Under the pieces are notes generated by a model, which was not told the DNA's origin, did no database searches, and worked only from the letters and a program-made list of their open reading frames with translations. Shown one piece after another: positions 39,403 through 52,799 of a stretch of DNA of 64,000 nt. Numbering within the stretch: the first letter of the stretch is position 1; each line of letters begins with the position of its first letter. The translations under genes and the position numbers were made by a program. This stretch comes from Eledone cirrhosa (taxonomy: Eukaryota), in NCBI GenBank assembly GCA_964016885.1, contig OZ024746.1:53692001-53756000 (forward strand). The letters run 5' to 3'.

Positions 39403-40071
39403 AAATGGGGAGAAGAATACTGCAGGTTGCACATGGATAACATGTTATAAAATGAGTCCCTCATCAGTGATTTGCCAACGATCATAGATATTTCATTTCA
39501 TTAAAAATCATATACCTCACGTTGGTGCAATAATAACTAAATTAAGTTATTAGGACAATTAAAACGCGTAAAGCGAGTGAGACAAGTAACAACAAAGAGG
39601 AAAGCTAACCGTAGATAGGAAGGGCACAAGCTACATAGTTATTCTGTCAGCATAAGCTGGGTGAATATATGAGCGCGTAGAAAAAAGACCTTTCGAGATG
39701 AATCAAAATGTAAGAAAGAAGGAAATTGTTTTCGTCGCGAACGGGGTGAAGTGAGAAGCGGAGAAACAGTGAGTGAGTGAGTGGAAGTGTGAGGAAGAGG
39801 TCAGTAGAGAGAAAGTGTTAACTGACATAACAGAGGGGGCGAAAGAAAGTAAGAGAAACAGAGAGAACGAGGGAGCAGTAAGAGAGAGAGAGAGAGAGAA
39901 AAACAGAATCGCAGTTTAGGTAAATATATGTGAAAAAATGGGGAGAAGAATATATATGTGTGTGTGTGTGTGTACATAAAATGGGGAGAACATATATATG
40001 TGTGTGTGTGTGTGTACATATACATGTGTTTATATCTATATATGTATATATATGTATACATACATGTGTGC

Positions 40072-40120
<49 letters not shown>

Positions 40121-40481
40121 CATGTGTCTATAGGTCTATATGTGTATATATGTGTATATGTATATAGGTGAATATATACATGTGCATATATGTGTACATA
40201 TACGTGTGTATATGTCTGTCTATATGTATATATATATATTATATCTAGCTGTCGTCTGTTCTACAGCGTAGATGTAATTCACTTCGCGCAGAAGTTTTGT
40301 TCAAATTTATTGCGGAAATTTTGTATGTTCAATTTTAATTTTGATACTATTGTGTAGCTTGACCCCCCGTCTGAACTGTCAGGCGGTGGGTCAGCTCATC
40401 TTTACCCCTCCTAGGGGTGAAAAACCTGTTTTTTTAAATTTTGTGGCAAAAAAAAAAAAAAATTTCAATCGTCTGACAGAA

Positions 40482-42400
40482 ATGTTAAACGAAGCTAACG
40501 AAAATAGTGGTGGGGGGACAGCGGTAAGAGTTGTAAGCTCGCACGCTTTAGTCCCCCCTTCCTTCCCAACTAACTTCATAGAGAAGGAAGGAAAAAATAA
40601 AATAAAAACAGACGAATCTGCGGAGAAAAATGACGAAAACACAAATCTGGACATGGATTCCAACAACGAAAAAAAAAAAAATTTTGAAAAATTGCATGAC
40701 AATATTAATACCACAAACAAAGACACAACAAACACAAAAATAACATTTGAAAACAACATCATAACAGAAAGCAAAGCAGACGACAAAGTCAACACCAACA
40801 AGATTTCATTTGCACAAACAACAAAGAAATCTTTGACATATATACCTGAAAATATTTTAGATGTGGCACAAAGAATCACAGACGCCAAACAATACATAAG
40901 TGAAGGAGAGAATGGTATTTTATCGGTAAAAATGCCTCAAGAACTCACCAAAGACATTGAAAGTCGAACGGTCGTGTTCCGCACCATCAACAACACTTCA
41001 AAAACACCTGAACAGCCAACTCAAGCAGAAATCAAAACAGTACTCACAGAAGTACTTAATGAAACCACTTTCATAAGAAAAGACAGACTGTATGGAAGCC
41101 TAGCGATTATTATGAAGAACGAATCGGCGGCAAAAAAATGTGCTTTGTCACCGATTCGTTCGAAAAATTTTACCTTTTATCCATCTTATATGGGTAAAAG
41201 AACTCAACGCATATGGCTGGATGCAATGATGCCAGATGTGGACTACTGCTGGCTCATAGCTGGCTTCATCGATCCAGTGAATGACAACGTGATTTCCATT
41301 GGGAAAACCACAGGCAATGCGTTCAGTGGAACAGGTATAGAGCTTGTAGTGCAAATGAAGCCTGAACGCATCGCCCAAATACCCGACAGAATCCTATTAG
41401 AGGGCCACGGGTATATAAACATTAGCGTGGAGGGGAGAAGACCGTCCTGTCATATCTGTGCAGGCAGAGGGCACCTGAAGGCCGCTTGTCCCCAACTCAA
41501 CAAAAAGAAAACCCTGCTACCAACACCAGCTCCACCACCACCACCACCACCACAACAGATAAACAAACAACAAAACTCAGTCCCACCCAACCCGTCCCTC
41601 AGTAAAACTACACCACCACCACAACACAAACAGTCACAACACATTACCCCAAAACAAAATACAGGCCCACCCAACCCCTCACTCAATAAAACAACACAAC
41701 CACCGCATCCACAACACACAACACAGTCTAACATAGTGACATCCATCTCCCCCACAAAGAAAACCAACACGGAAACATTACCAGCAAACATACCTCTTCC
41801 CTCCAACACTGAAGATAACCCAACGAATTCGGAGGAAGAAACGGAGTCCTTCAGACAGATTAAAAGGAAAAAAAGAAAACATGTGCAAAACACACAAGGC
41901 CAAACAACCCCCACCCAAATGTCAACACAATCCAACAAAACAGAAAACACCCCTCCAGCAACAAACAAAACCAAACCTGCCCTCCCCTCTTCGAAACACT
42001 CACACCATCCGAAAAAAAGACATTACACTATACTTACATCAACAGAAACAATAATAAATTAAATGAACTCATAAACAATAATCCTTCGGTACAAACCGAA
42101 GGTGTAAACTTTGTTTCTTCAGAAAACTACCCACATTTAAAATTAATAAAGATCCCAATGAACCTCTACCAAAAACTAAAAAAGGATTTTAAGGAGGACG
42201 TAGGACCACCCTCTGTCAAACCCATAAACCGTGTCCTACTAAAAAGCTTTCCCCCTCCCCTTCCCCTCCCCAACACAACTCCAAACACCCCAACCCCACC
42301 ACACACTGACGACCCCACACCACCACAAGACACCCCTTCACCCAACACCCCCGACCCCATGGAAGTCGTGCGACCCGAATCCCGGGAAGCAGAAAGGTAG
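40482..42400 (+). pseudogene. Copy C ORF1 (CCHC zinc knuckle), one frameshift near 42050
   Basis: CHICAGRGHLKAAC; first ATG at 40482; C-terminal block 42158-42400 homologous to copy B. Confidence 0.87.
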
Positions 42401-42433
42401 GTCTCTACACTCTCCTTTGGCTCTGCCGCCCAC

Positions 42434-45400
42434 ATGGATGTGTTAAGAGTAGGATGTTTGAATGCACGTGGCCAGGGCTCAACTTGGAAGCAAGCAAAGC
42501 TTCTAAATGACCTCAGGTCATGTGGTATAAATGTAATGGTTATCTGTGAGACTCGGATCAGCGTCGTGCGGCAGCTAGCCCCTACCTTCGATGACTCTGA
42601 GGTGCATGCATCTCTCTGTCAACCTGGAGGTGGGGGTGGGGTTGTCGTACTGCTGCAAAAACACCTGGGTCTTGCCGTACAGGTTGTTCACTCGGACCCG
42701 GAGGGTCGTTTGTTGGTGCTAGACGTTGGCAGTAGTGAAGGTGCGGCCTTGAGACTGGTCGCCGTCTACTCGCCTTTCGGAGCTGAACAGCCCGACTTCT
42801 TCCAGCGTTTGGAGACTTTTCTGGGAACGTCGCGTTCCCTGCTTCTAGCGGGGGATTGGAATGACATCCTAGATGCACGTTGGGACTATGCAGGAGCATG
42901 TCCTAATAGAGGGAGGTGTAACAGCCTCAAGGGGTTACTTGACCGTTTTAACTTGGTCGATAGATATCGACTAGATTTTCCAACTGTGCCTACCTGGACT
43001 TGGAGAAACCACAGTGGTCAATCTAGATCGTACTTAGATAGATTCTTAATTAGAAGTAAGGATAGGGACATATTAAGCTGCCCAGAAATGCGCACGGTTG
43101 GCTATACGGATCACAAATTAGTGACCTGCGTAGTCAATCTCGAGAAAACACATAAACAGGGTCCCGGTTACTGGAAACTTAATTTGTCTTTACCGGCAAA
43201 AGAGACTTACAGAAACCGGATTAGCAGATTAGTTAAGGAGATGTTGACGGGTGCAATCGTCAACAACCGATGGTGGGCATCTCTCAAAAGAGAGATTAGA
43301 ACAGAATCAATAAGTTATTGCAAGATGTTAGCTGCCGATAGGAATAGAAACGAGAAAGAATTAACAGGTAAATTAGAAGAGGCAATCAAGAGCGAAGATG
43401 TGGCCAGAGTGCTGGCATCGAGGACGGCCTTGAACCAGTTTTTCGATGCAAAGCACGAAGGCTGCGTCATTCGAAGTAAAATACGTGCTCTAGGTAATGA
43501 GGGAGCCAAAGCCGTTGGCTGGGCCCGCGTGACAGAAGCTAAGAGTGGAAATCGATCCACCATCCGGTCGTTGCAAGACGAGGATGGACGGGTGATCCGG
43601 AAGCCTAAGCAGATGTGCGAGGCCTTTCAAAGGCACTTTGCCCGATTATTCGGGGGAGGCGAGGGTCCGGGCGGGGACATGGATTTCAGTTCATACCTCG
43701 ACGGCCTGCCGCGTCTCTCGAGCGAAGAGGCAGATTCCTGTGAGGGTCCAATCTCGGCTGATGAGATCGGGGATGCGCTGAGCCAATGCAGCAGACGCAA
43801 ATCTCCAGGTCTCGATGGTATACCTTACGAACTTTATTTAGCAATGCCGGTCTTCTTCTCCGAACTCCTCGAAGTGGTCTACTGCAATTGGCAGCAGAAC
43901 GGGAGAATTCCTTGCCAAGGGCGTAGTCTCGCTGGTGAGGAAGGACGAGAACAAGGGGGATAGTATAAATAATTTTCGGCCCATAACCCTGCTAAACACA
44001 GAGTTAAAGATTTTGGCCAAGGTGTTAGCAAAGAGGTTGGCGCTTGTCGTGGGTAGCCTGGTGGGAGATGCGCAGACATGTACTATCCCATCCAGGTCCA
44101 TTCACGATAACCTTCACCTCATGCGATACATCATAGAGAGGGTTGGCAACAAACCCGGCTTCGGTGGGGCCCTGATCAACTTGGATCAGTCTAAGGCCTT
44201 CGATAGGGTCGACCATGGTTACCTGGATGCGGTGCTAGCGGCGGCTGGGTTCGGTCCTGTTTTCAGAGGCTGGATCACTGCCTTACATAGCAACCACATC
44301 TGTTCTAGGATCAAGGTGAACGGCTACCTTTCGAAGCCGTTGGAAATCACACGATCCATTCGACAGGGGTGCCCTCTCTCCTCCCTTCTGTACGTATTGA
44401 CTCTCGAGCCTTTACTGAGGAAGTTAGAATTGTTGCAGGGTATCCCCCTGGAACCAGGATTGAGCAAAGCGGTGTCGGCCTACGCCGATGACGTAACAGT
44501 AATGGTATCGACCGACTCGGAAATCGAGGCGATCGGTACCTTACTGGAGGATTACGAAAGGTTGTCAGGAGCGAAACTGAACCGGGAAAAATCCATCGGG
44601 CTGCAACTCGGAACGTGGAGAGGCAGACCGATGCCTCCCGACGGTGTCGTCGGACACTGGACGGAGGGCCCGGTTAAGTTGCTTGGGGTCTGGTTTGGAC
44701 CGGACCTCCAGGTGGAAAAGAACTGGGACGAGGTTACGAACAAGGTGTTTGCACTAACCCAGAAATGGGCCAAGTGTAAGCTGTCCCTAAAAGGCCGGGC
44801 GGAGGTGGCGAACATTTACATAGCGTCCGTCACTTACTACCGCCTGACTGTCGTGCCTTGCCCTAAGGAAACACTCACCACCATGGAACGCATGCTCTTC
44901 CAATTTCTTTGGAAGAAGCGCCCTCCTATGGTGAGAAGATCCATCTGCTGCCAACAACCTTCGAAAGGAGGGCTGGGGATGCCGTGGTTGATGATGCGTA
45001 GGCACGCATTAAGGCTACGGCACCTACTGGTATTTCTCACTGGTCAACCGGTGTGGGCTCCGTTCGTGAAACGAGCCTTTCCGAGACTCGTCTCGCTCAC
45101 CGAGCTGCAATCCTGGGTCAAGCAAAGATCCGGAAAACTGGGAGACTGGCACACTGAGTGTGCTCAGGCGCTCAGGGCTCTCTGGCAAGCGGGCCAGGCC
45201 ATCGGTGGAGAATCCACCTCATCATTCTATAGAGGGCTGGTGGCTAGCAGGGGCGATGACACCCTTGGAGAGTCGCTGGACATGGAAGAGGACGAACTGG
45301 CCAGCCTGTTCGGTAGGACTTTCGGCCCGGGACCAATGGACAACTTCCAAAAGTCACTAGCCTGGCAGTGTTACCGGGGGGCTCTACCCGTTCGAGAGAG

Positions 45401-45863
45401 GCTCTACAGACACGGGCGCCCGGGCAGGGATCCCTCAAAAAAGATTTGCCCTAGATGCGTGCGTCACGAAGAAACCGTTGCGCACGCATTGGTGCAATGT
45501 CCGGGCGTGGCTGATCTGTGGGGCTACGCCGAACGACTGCTGTCGCGGGTGACGCCGATTCAATTGACCACCGAGTCCGTGATGACAATCAAACCGCCTC
45601 CCCTCTTCACAAAGGAAGCAAAGGCGGTTTTTCTGTGCGTAATAGCCATGTTGAAAGAGGTTGTTTGGTGGACACGATTGAAAGGTCAGAGGTCAGGCAA
45701 CTTCCTCTCTGGCCATAGTCTGGTCTACTTCTTCCGATATCACTTCGGAAGAAGGATAAGAATGGAGAGAGAGGTGCTTGACCACAGGCAGTTTTATGAA
45801 AGGTGGGTGATAGTGGCGAGAATGGCTCGTGTAAATGGGCCTTCTCTGTATACCATCCTGTAG
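42434..45863 (+). pseudogene. Copy C ORF2 (APE-RT-CCHC), single frameshift near 43912
   Basis: LNARG, CET, GDWN, SYLDR, TDH, QGCPLS, AYADD, CPRCVRHEETVAHALVQC. Confidence 0.93.
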
Positions 45864-46079
45864 GTAAAGAAGTGAAGGAGAGGGGAGCACCTTCTCCATG
45901 TGCTCCCCGGGCAAAGGATTACACACTTTTTCGGGGGTGTGTGCAACCCCATCACGTCCCCTCCCTTTTGAGGTTATTTTCGATTATTTTCATTTTATAC
46001 CCTTTTTACTCGATTGTATGTAAACTCCCCCTTTGTATTTGTCCCTTCTTTTTATGCCTTTATGGTAAATAAAGAAATA

Positions 46080-46125
<46 letters not shown>

Positions 46126-46241
46126 AAAGGTAAACAGAAATAACGACACAATCGGTACAGTATATGGAAGATAGATGTGTATATATATATATATGTATAG
46201 ATGTGTGTATATGTGTAAGCCTCCAATTATATATATATATA

Positions 46242-46698
46242 CTAGCAGAGGTACCAGGCGTTGCTCGAGTATTAAATAGCAGTTGTGTATACCATTTATG
46301 TCAATACTTCAGTGCTACTTCGAAAATTATACTTTTATAAAATCATCGGCTTTTTCCAAAAGGGGATTCCTGCCCCCAGGGGTCCCCTACTCAATATGTG
46401 CCAATTCTGAGAGTTCACATTCATCTGTAGGACAAACGTAGCCCATGTGTCAAGTTTTGTGAAAATCGGTTGCGAACTCCAGAAGTTATGACGTTTTGTT
46501 GCATTGCACTGCAGTTCTTCAGTCGACTCCAAGGAAGTGGTTAAAGTGGTTAAAGGGGTTATCTGCTGGGGGACCCTATAATCAATACCTGGAAAAATTA
46601 CAGTGCCCATGACTATCCGGAGTACATAAGTAACCTATGGCTTAAGTTTGGTGAAAATACTGTAGAAATGCATAAGGTTTATACATATGCGTGCGTGC

Positions 46699-46793
<95 letters not shown>

Positions 46794-47180
46794 TGGGTGT
46801 GTATATATTTGTGTGTGCGTATGTATGTGTATGTCCGTCGGGGCATACGTATGTACTGGCCTATATCTTCACTATTTACTTTTACTATTTTAATAACCTC
46901 TGTCATTTTCGTTTTCAATTTTATTTACATCATTCTTAAACTCCGGGGCAGGAAATCACTCTGTTATTTTAAATAGAATATTAGTCTAACGACTCCATTT
47001 ATACCATAAACTTGCTCTTGTTTTTGCATGAAATTGTTCTATCGCTCCAAATAACGACGTATTATCCTCGCTTTTTTTCCCGTTCATTGCCAGGGAACAT
47101 CTTCACGAACCAAAATATCGTCTTCCTGTTTTCGTTCGGTTGGAACGTTTCTCGAAATATTGACTTCTGCGTTCACAGAT
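46242..47180 (-). mobile_element. Non-autonomous Helitron 3' part joined to an F2 segment
   Basis: Minus-strand end: hairpin-like CTCGAGCAACGCCTGG then CTAG|T; homologous to 50216-51020. Confidence 0.65.
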
Positions 47181-47391
47181 TACTCTCAGTTCAATTTGAA
47201 TGGGAAATTCCTGCTTCATCGATGTTCTCCGTAACCATGGAAGCTTGTACCCTAAAAGTCGACCCAACGCCTCTTCGGGTCATTCTGCATAACTGTAAAT
47301 TTTCGCTGCATTCCACCAACCCATTTCGACGTTTATCCGACTACACCTACTTACTTAAATATACAACGTCCGACCACTTCCAATTTATATA

Positions 47392-47430
<39 letters not shown>

Positions 47431-47631
47431 CTTTTCCTGAGTCCTGTATTTTCGTTGCTCTGGTGATGCGGCTGGACTGCCGATCGCTATATTTGATTTG
47501 CTAAGCTGTCTAAACGTATTGTTATTACTCTGGGGTACTTTTCCCCATCCGAGAGCTAAAGCTACATACCGAATTTGCATTCGTTAGCCTGGCCGCGAAC
47601 TAAAACTTCGTTAATGCTGTATTAAAATTTG

Positions 47632-47665
<34 letters not shown>

Positions 47666-47857
47666 CATACATATGTATGTCTATATATACATGTAAATAT
47701 ATATATATGCAATTTATGATTTGTTTATAAAGTATTTCGTTTCTATTGTTATAATGTCTGCCTTTCTCCACCATAATATGAGAAATCCCGTATCCGTGTA
47801 TCAGATTAACGTGGAGGACTTTTTAACAAGATACTTGATATTATTATATTGATTTGC

Positions 47858-48230
47858 CTTGTTGATGTTGTCGTTGTTGTTGTTACTGTTGCTGTTGTTG
47901 TTGTTGTTGTTATTGCTGATGTTGTTGTTGTTGCTGTTGTTGGTGCTGCTGCTGTTGTTGCTGATGTTGTTATTGCTGATTGTTGTCGTTGCTGCTGCTG
48001 TTGTTGTTGCTGATTTTGTTGTTGTTATGGTGGCGGTTGTTGTTATTGCTGTTGTTGTTGTTGCTGTTATTGCTGATTTTGTTGTTGTTATGGTGGCGGT
48101 TGTTGTTGTCGTTGTTATTGCTGTTGTTGTTGTTGTTGTTGTTACTGTTATTGCTGATTTTGTTGTTGTTATGGTGGCGGTTGTTGTTGTTGTTGTTGTT
48201 GTTACTGCTGCTGATTTGCTGCTGTTGTTA

Positions 48231-48262
<32 letters not shown>

Positions 48263-48510
48263 ATTGTTGTTGTTGTTATTGCTGTCATTGTTGATGCTAT
48301 TGTTGTGGTGGCGGTTGTCATAGTTGTTATTGTTGATACTGCTGCTGCTGTTCTTGTTGTTGTTGTTGTTGTTGTTGTTATTGCTGATGTTGTTATTGTG
48401 GTGGCGTTTGTTGTTGTCGTTGTTGTTGTTACTGCTGCTGTTGTTGTTGTTATTGCTGATATTGTTGTTGTGGTGGCGGTTGTCATGGTTGTTGTTGTTG
48501 TTACTGCTGC

Positions 48511-48543
<33 letters not shown>

Positions 48544-48900
48544 GTGGTTGTTGCGGCGGTTGTTGTTGTGATATTTGTGATTGTTGTGGCTGTTATTGTG
48601 GCAGTAGTAGTAGTTGTTGTTGTTATTGTGGTAGTTGTCGTGAATGTTGTTTTTGTGGCTGCAATTGTGGTAGTTGTTCTGATTGTTGTTGTTGTTTTGG
48701 TTGTAGTTGTGAGTTGTGGATGCTTTTGTGATAGTTGTTTTTGTTGTTGTGGTAGTTGTTATTGTAGTAATTATTGTGATTCTGGTTTTGTTATGGTTTC
48801 TGTTGTTATATTCATCGCTGTTTATGTTGCTGTTGTGGTTGAGGCTGTTATCGCTGTTGTTGATGTCTTTCTTGTCGTGGCTGGGTTTGTTATGGTTTCA
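47858..48900. repeat. Degenerate (GTT/GCT)n repeat with recurring GGTGGCGG subunits
   Basis: Direct reading. Confidence 0.92.
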
Positions 48901-49420
48901 AATATTATATTATTTTGCACTACCACTCCACCAATTTTAATTAATATTCAGAAAATTATTTTCACTATAAAGAATAATAATAAAAAAAAAAAAAAATACA
49001 AGCACAAAGCAGAATTGTAAAAAAAATAGAAAGATATGAAAATAATTGGAATTTTTTTTTGAATGGCGTAATTTGATAAATTAACACACTCGAATTTATT
49101 ATTTTTTCTTTAGGTATATACGTATGTATATGTGTGTGCATATGTATGTATATGTGTGTGCGTATGTATGCATGTATGTATGTATATATATATTTATATA
49201 TATATATATATGAATGTATGCATAGTATATTTGGCAATATACTGTATGTTTAATTAAAAACATTTTGAAGACCTTACGCTATCATTTTTAAAGTAGTGAC
49301 TACGTCACTTACTTCTTTTCGGCGAAAGAAGGCAGAGATGCTAACAGTCTGTTTCATGCTGTTTGGCAATCATCAGAGCTATGTACTTCCCTCTTCCGCC
49401 GAAAATTATAGAAGCTTCAT

Positions 49421-49585
49421 AAAAGGCAAAGTTAACCTCGGTGAGTTCAAATCCCGCCGAGGTTAACTTTGGCTTTTATCCTTACGGGGTCGATAAAATA
49501 AAGCACCAGTAACGTACTGGGGTCGATTTAATCGACTTTCCCCTCCCCCCAAATTACTGGCCTTGTGCCTATAGTAGAAATCATT
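49421..49585 (+). mobile_element. 5'-truncated S1 SINE with a short inverted 5' piece
   Basis: GGCAAAGTTAACCTCGG precedes GAGTTCAAATCCCGCCGAGGTTAACTTTGGC. Confidence 0.75.
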
Positions 49586-49656
49586 AAACATACGGTATAT
49601 TGCCAAATATACTATGCATACATTCATGTATACATCGCTATTTCAGAGCACCAATC

Positions 49657-49714
<58 letters not shown>

Positions 49715-49910
49715 TATGTGTATATATTAATGTATGTGTGTGCATATCTAGGTATATTTGTGTGCGTATGTGTGTGTGTATATATATATTGTGTTTTGGT
49801 TGATGTACGTTTGGTGAACATATGTGTTTTTACCTGTAGGTATATGTACGCGAGCGTTATATGCGTATTTATGTGTGTATATTTATATACGTTTATATAA
49901 TTATATGTAT

Positions 49911-49941
<31 letters not shown>

Positions 49942-50215
49942 ATTTTTTTATGTGTATTTGGTGTATACGTTCGTATGTGTGCGGGTATGGGTGTCGCGCT
50001 GATATATGTATGTGTGCGCGTGTTTATGTGTACGTGCATGTATATGCATGCATGGCGTGTGTTTTGCGTATGCCTGTGTATGTACGTAAATTGATGCGTG
50101 TATGTATATATTTAATTATTTGATTTTAATAACCTCTGTCATTGTCGTTCTAGTAATTTATTTATATTATCCATGACTCTGAAGCCGAGAATCATTCGGT
50201 TTCCTATATAGAATA

Positions 50216-51321
50216 CTAGCAGAGGTACCCGGCGTTGCTCGAGTATTAAATACCAGTTATGTATACCATTTATGTCAATACTTCAGTGCTGCTTGGAAAA
50301 CTATACTTTTACAAAATCATCGGCTTTTTCCAAAATGGGGTCTCCTACTCAATATGTGCCAATTCTGAGAGTTCGCATTCATCTGTAGAACACACGTAGC
50401 CCATGTGTCAAGTTTTGTGAAAATCGGTTGCGAACTCCAGAAGTTATGACGCTTTGTTGCATTGCACTGCAGTGCTTCAGTCGACTCCAAGGAAGTGGTT
50501 AAAGGGGGGTTATCTGCCGGGAGGCCCTATAATCAATATCTGGGAAAATGACAGTGCCCATGACCATCCGGAGTACATAAGTAACCTATGTCTTAAGTTT
50601 GGTGAAAATACTGTAGAAATGCATAAGGTTTACACACAAGCGCGCGCGCACCTGCGTGTGTGTGTGTATGTATTTGTGTGCGCGTATGTATTTGTATGTG
50701 TATGTTCGTCGGCGCATACGTATGTACTGGCCTAAATCTTCCCTATTTACTTTTACTATGTTAAGGCAAAGTTAAAATCCCGTCGAGGTTAACTTTGCCT
50801 TTCATCCTTACGGGTTCGATAAAATAAAGTACCAGTAATGTACTGGGTAATTGCTGGCCTTGTGCCAAAAGTATAAACAACTATTTTAATAACCTGTCAC
50901 TTTCGTTTACAATTTTATTTACATCATTCTTAAACTCCGGGGCTGGAAATCATTCGGTTATTTTAAATAGAATATTAGTCTAACGACTCCATTTACACCA
51001 TAAACTTGGTCTTGTTCTTCTCGGTCCACCGCGTCGTTTATACGTAACATAAATAGATAAGCAAATGATGCCATAATAGGGAAATAACTCGTCTCTGATC
51101 TCTATTTATACATTTGAACTGAAGAATCAATACATTACAGATTCGATTTTTGCATTTGGCGTGGGTCGATTTGAAAATTTTTAGGACCGATGTCTCCGCC
51201 GGATCTTCATCTATGCGTGTAGAAATTTCACCGAAATTTGAACGTATGGTTTAGGAAATGTGTGTCGACGGATTTAGTAGACAGACAGACAGACAGACAA
51301 CCTCAGTTTTATATATATAGA
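50216..51321 (-). mobile_element. Non-autonomous Helitron H1
   Basis: 5' TCTATATATATAAAA + (CTGT)n; 3' hairpin + CTAG; S1 fragment inserted at about 50761-50880. Confidence 0.72.
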
Positions 51322-52315
51322 CTAGCAGAAAACCACCCGGTGGGCGGTTTTCTGCTAGAAAATGTAGTGTATATACTGATATTGTTGAGATTTGGATGAG
51401 AAATGTTTTCGGCACCACATGTTCACCGTCTCTCGGTGTGTCTTTTATGCATGTATAAATATATATGTTATCTATACGGTGAAATCTTTGAAATAAATAT
51501 ATGTTAAAACGAAAAAGGAGAAAATAAATAACTGGCGGTTAGAAAAAAATATTCCTATGAAATTTTAATCAAACCATTAGGTGTGAATTAGGTTTTTTTT
51601 ATTGCCAAAACAAATGTTCAAAAGTTAAACTTCAATTTTTTTAATTATTTCCAATTTTTTCATGAAATTGAACACTGGACATTGGCTGCTGGAAATGGAA
51701 ATTAAATCGTATTTAATTGTATTTAAATTTCTAACCTTATTTTATTATTTATATTTTTTCAATAAGAAATAAAAAAAAAAACAACAAAAAAAATTGAAGA
51801 AAAAAATTGAACAAATCAAACGTAGGTTATGGAACTGCGCAATCTGATTAATAAATTACCTCATCAGCAGCAAGCTTCTTCAAATGGTCCTTATTATCAG
51901 CAGCAACAACCACAAATTCAATGGCAACCTTCTTCAAATGGTCCTTATTATCAGCAGCAACAACCACAAATTCAATGACAACCTTCTTCAAACCACAAAT
52001 TCAATGGCAACCTTCTTCGCATGGTGTCAAGTCAGAACCGCCTCGAACTGGTTACTTCTGGCTTGTGCAAGGTGTCTCTATAGCAACCAGCGATTCCCTC
52101 GGCCTCAGTGACCAAAGTCAGTGGAGAGGGGAAGGTAATGTTTCCGTAGCACGTGTTTTAGCGTCTATTCACTCTCTCTCTCTCCCTATCTCCCTCCCGC
52201 TATGCCCCTCTCGTTGTCTTCTCTTTCTTTCACTCTCACTCTCTCTCTACGCACGTGTTTCCACTGTCGGACAAACAGACAGACAGAGAAATTGCTGGTT
52301 ATATATATAAGTAGA
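51322..52315 (-). mobile_element. Non-autonomous Helitron H2, head-to-tail with H1
   Basis: 5' TCTACTTATATATATAA + (CTGT)n; 3' CTAG abutting the TC of H1; internal ~54-bp tandem repeat at 51875-52015. Confidence 0.72.
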
Positions 52316-52523
52316 TTAGTCTACGACTTCATTTATACCATAAACCTAGTTTTCTCTTTGCGTGTATTTGTTTTTCTCGCTCCACATAACGACGTATTAT
52401 CTTCGTTTTTTCCGTTCATCGCCAGGGAACGTCTCCACGAACCAAAGAATCGTCTTCCTGATTTGCTTCGGTTGCAACGTTTTTCGAAATATTTACTTCT
52501 GCGTTCACAGATTGATTTTTTTT

Positions 52524-52574
52524 AGTTTCAGAAGATCCCGTTAATAGTGAAAGCAGCGATTCTTTGCTTAAACT
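52524..52574 (+). ncRNA. Hammerhead-like motif with CAGANGA core (family F2)
   Basis: AGTTT-CAGAAGA-...-GAA-AGCA...TGCT-T-AAACT; minus copy at 37980-38029 has CAGACGA and a CCC/GGG stem II. Confidence 0.5.
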
Positions 52575-52585
52575 TTAATCTGTTA

Positions 52586-52622
<37 letters not shown>

Positions 52623-52799
52623 TAATATATCTATGTATGTATAAATGGATATATGTGTGCATATAAGTATCTTTATGTAGGTATGTATTGATGCAGGTCA
52701 CTAACAAAGCGTACACACACATACACACACACATACACATACACACACACACACTTATATATATTGAACATTACGTGGCAGTCATTTACACCCTACACC

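Larger units (their letters stand above)
40251..46078 (+). mobile_element. Tx1/L1-clade retrotransposon, copy C, near-intact full length
   Basis: 5' UTR, ORF1, ORF2, 3' UTR with AATAAAGAAA; preceded by ATATCTAGCT and followed by (AT)n. Confidence 0.94.

Noticed and set aside
47859-49020. Poly-Leu/Val/Cys ORFs resembling membrane proteins
   Set aside because: Translation of a (GTT)n repeat, open in several frames
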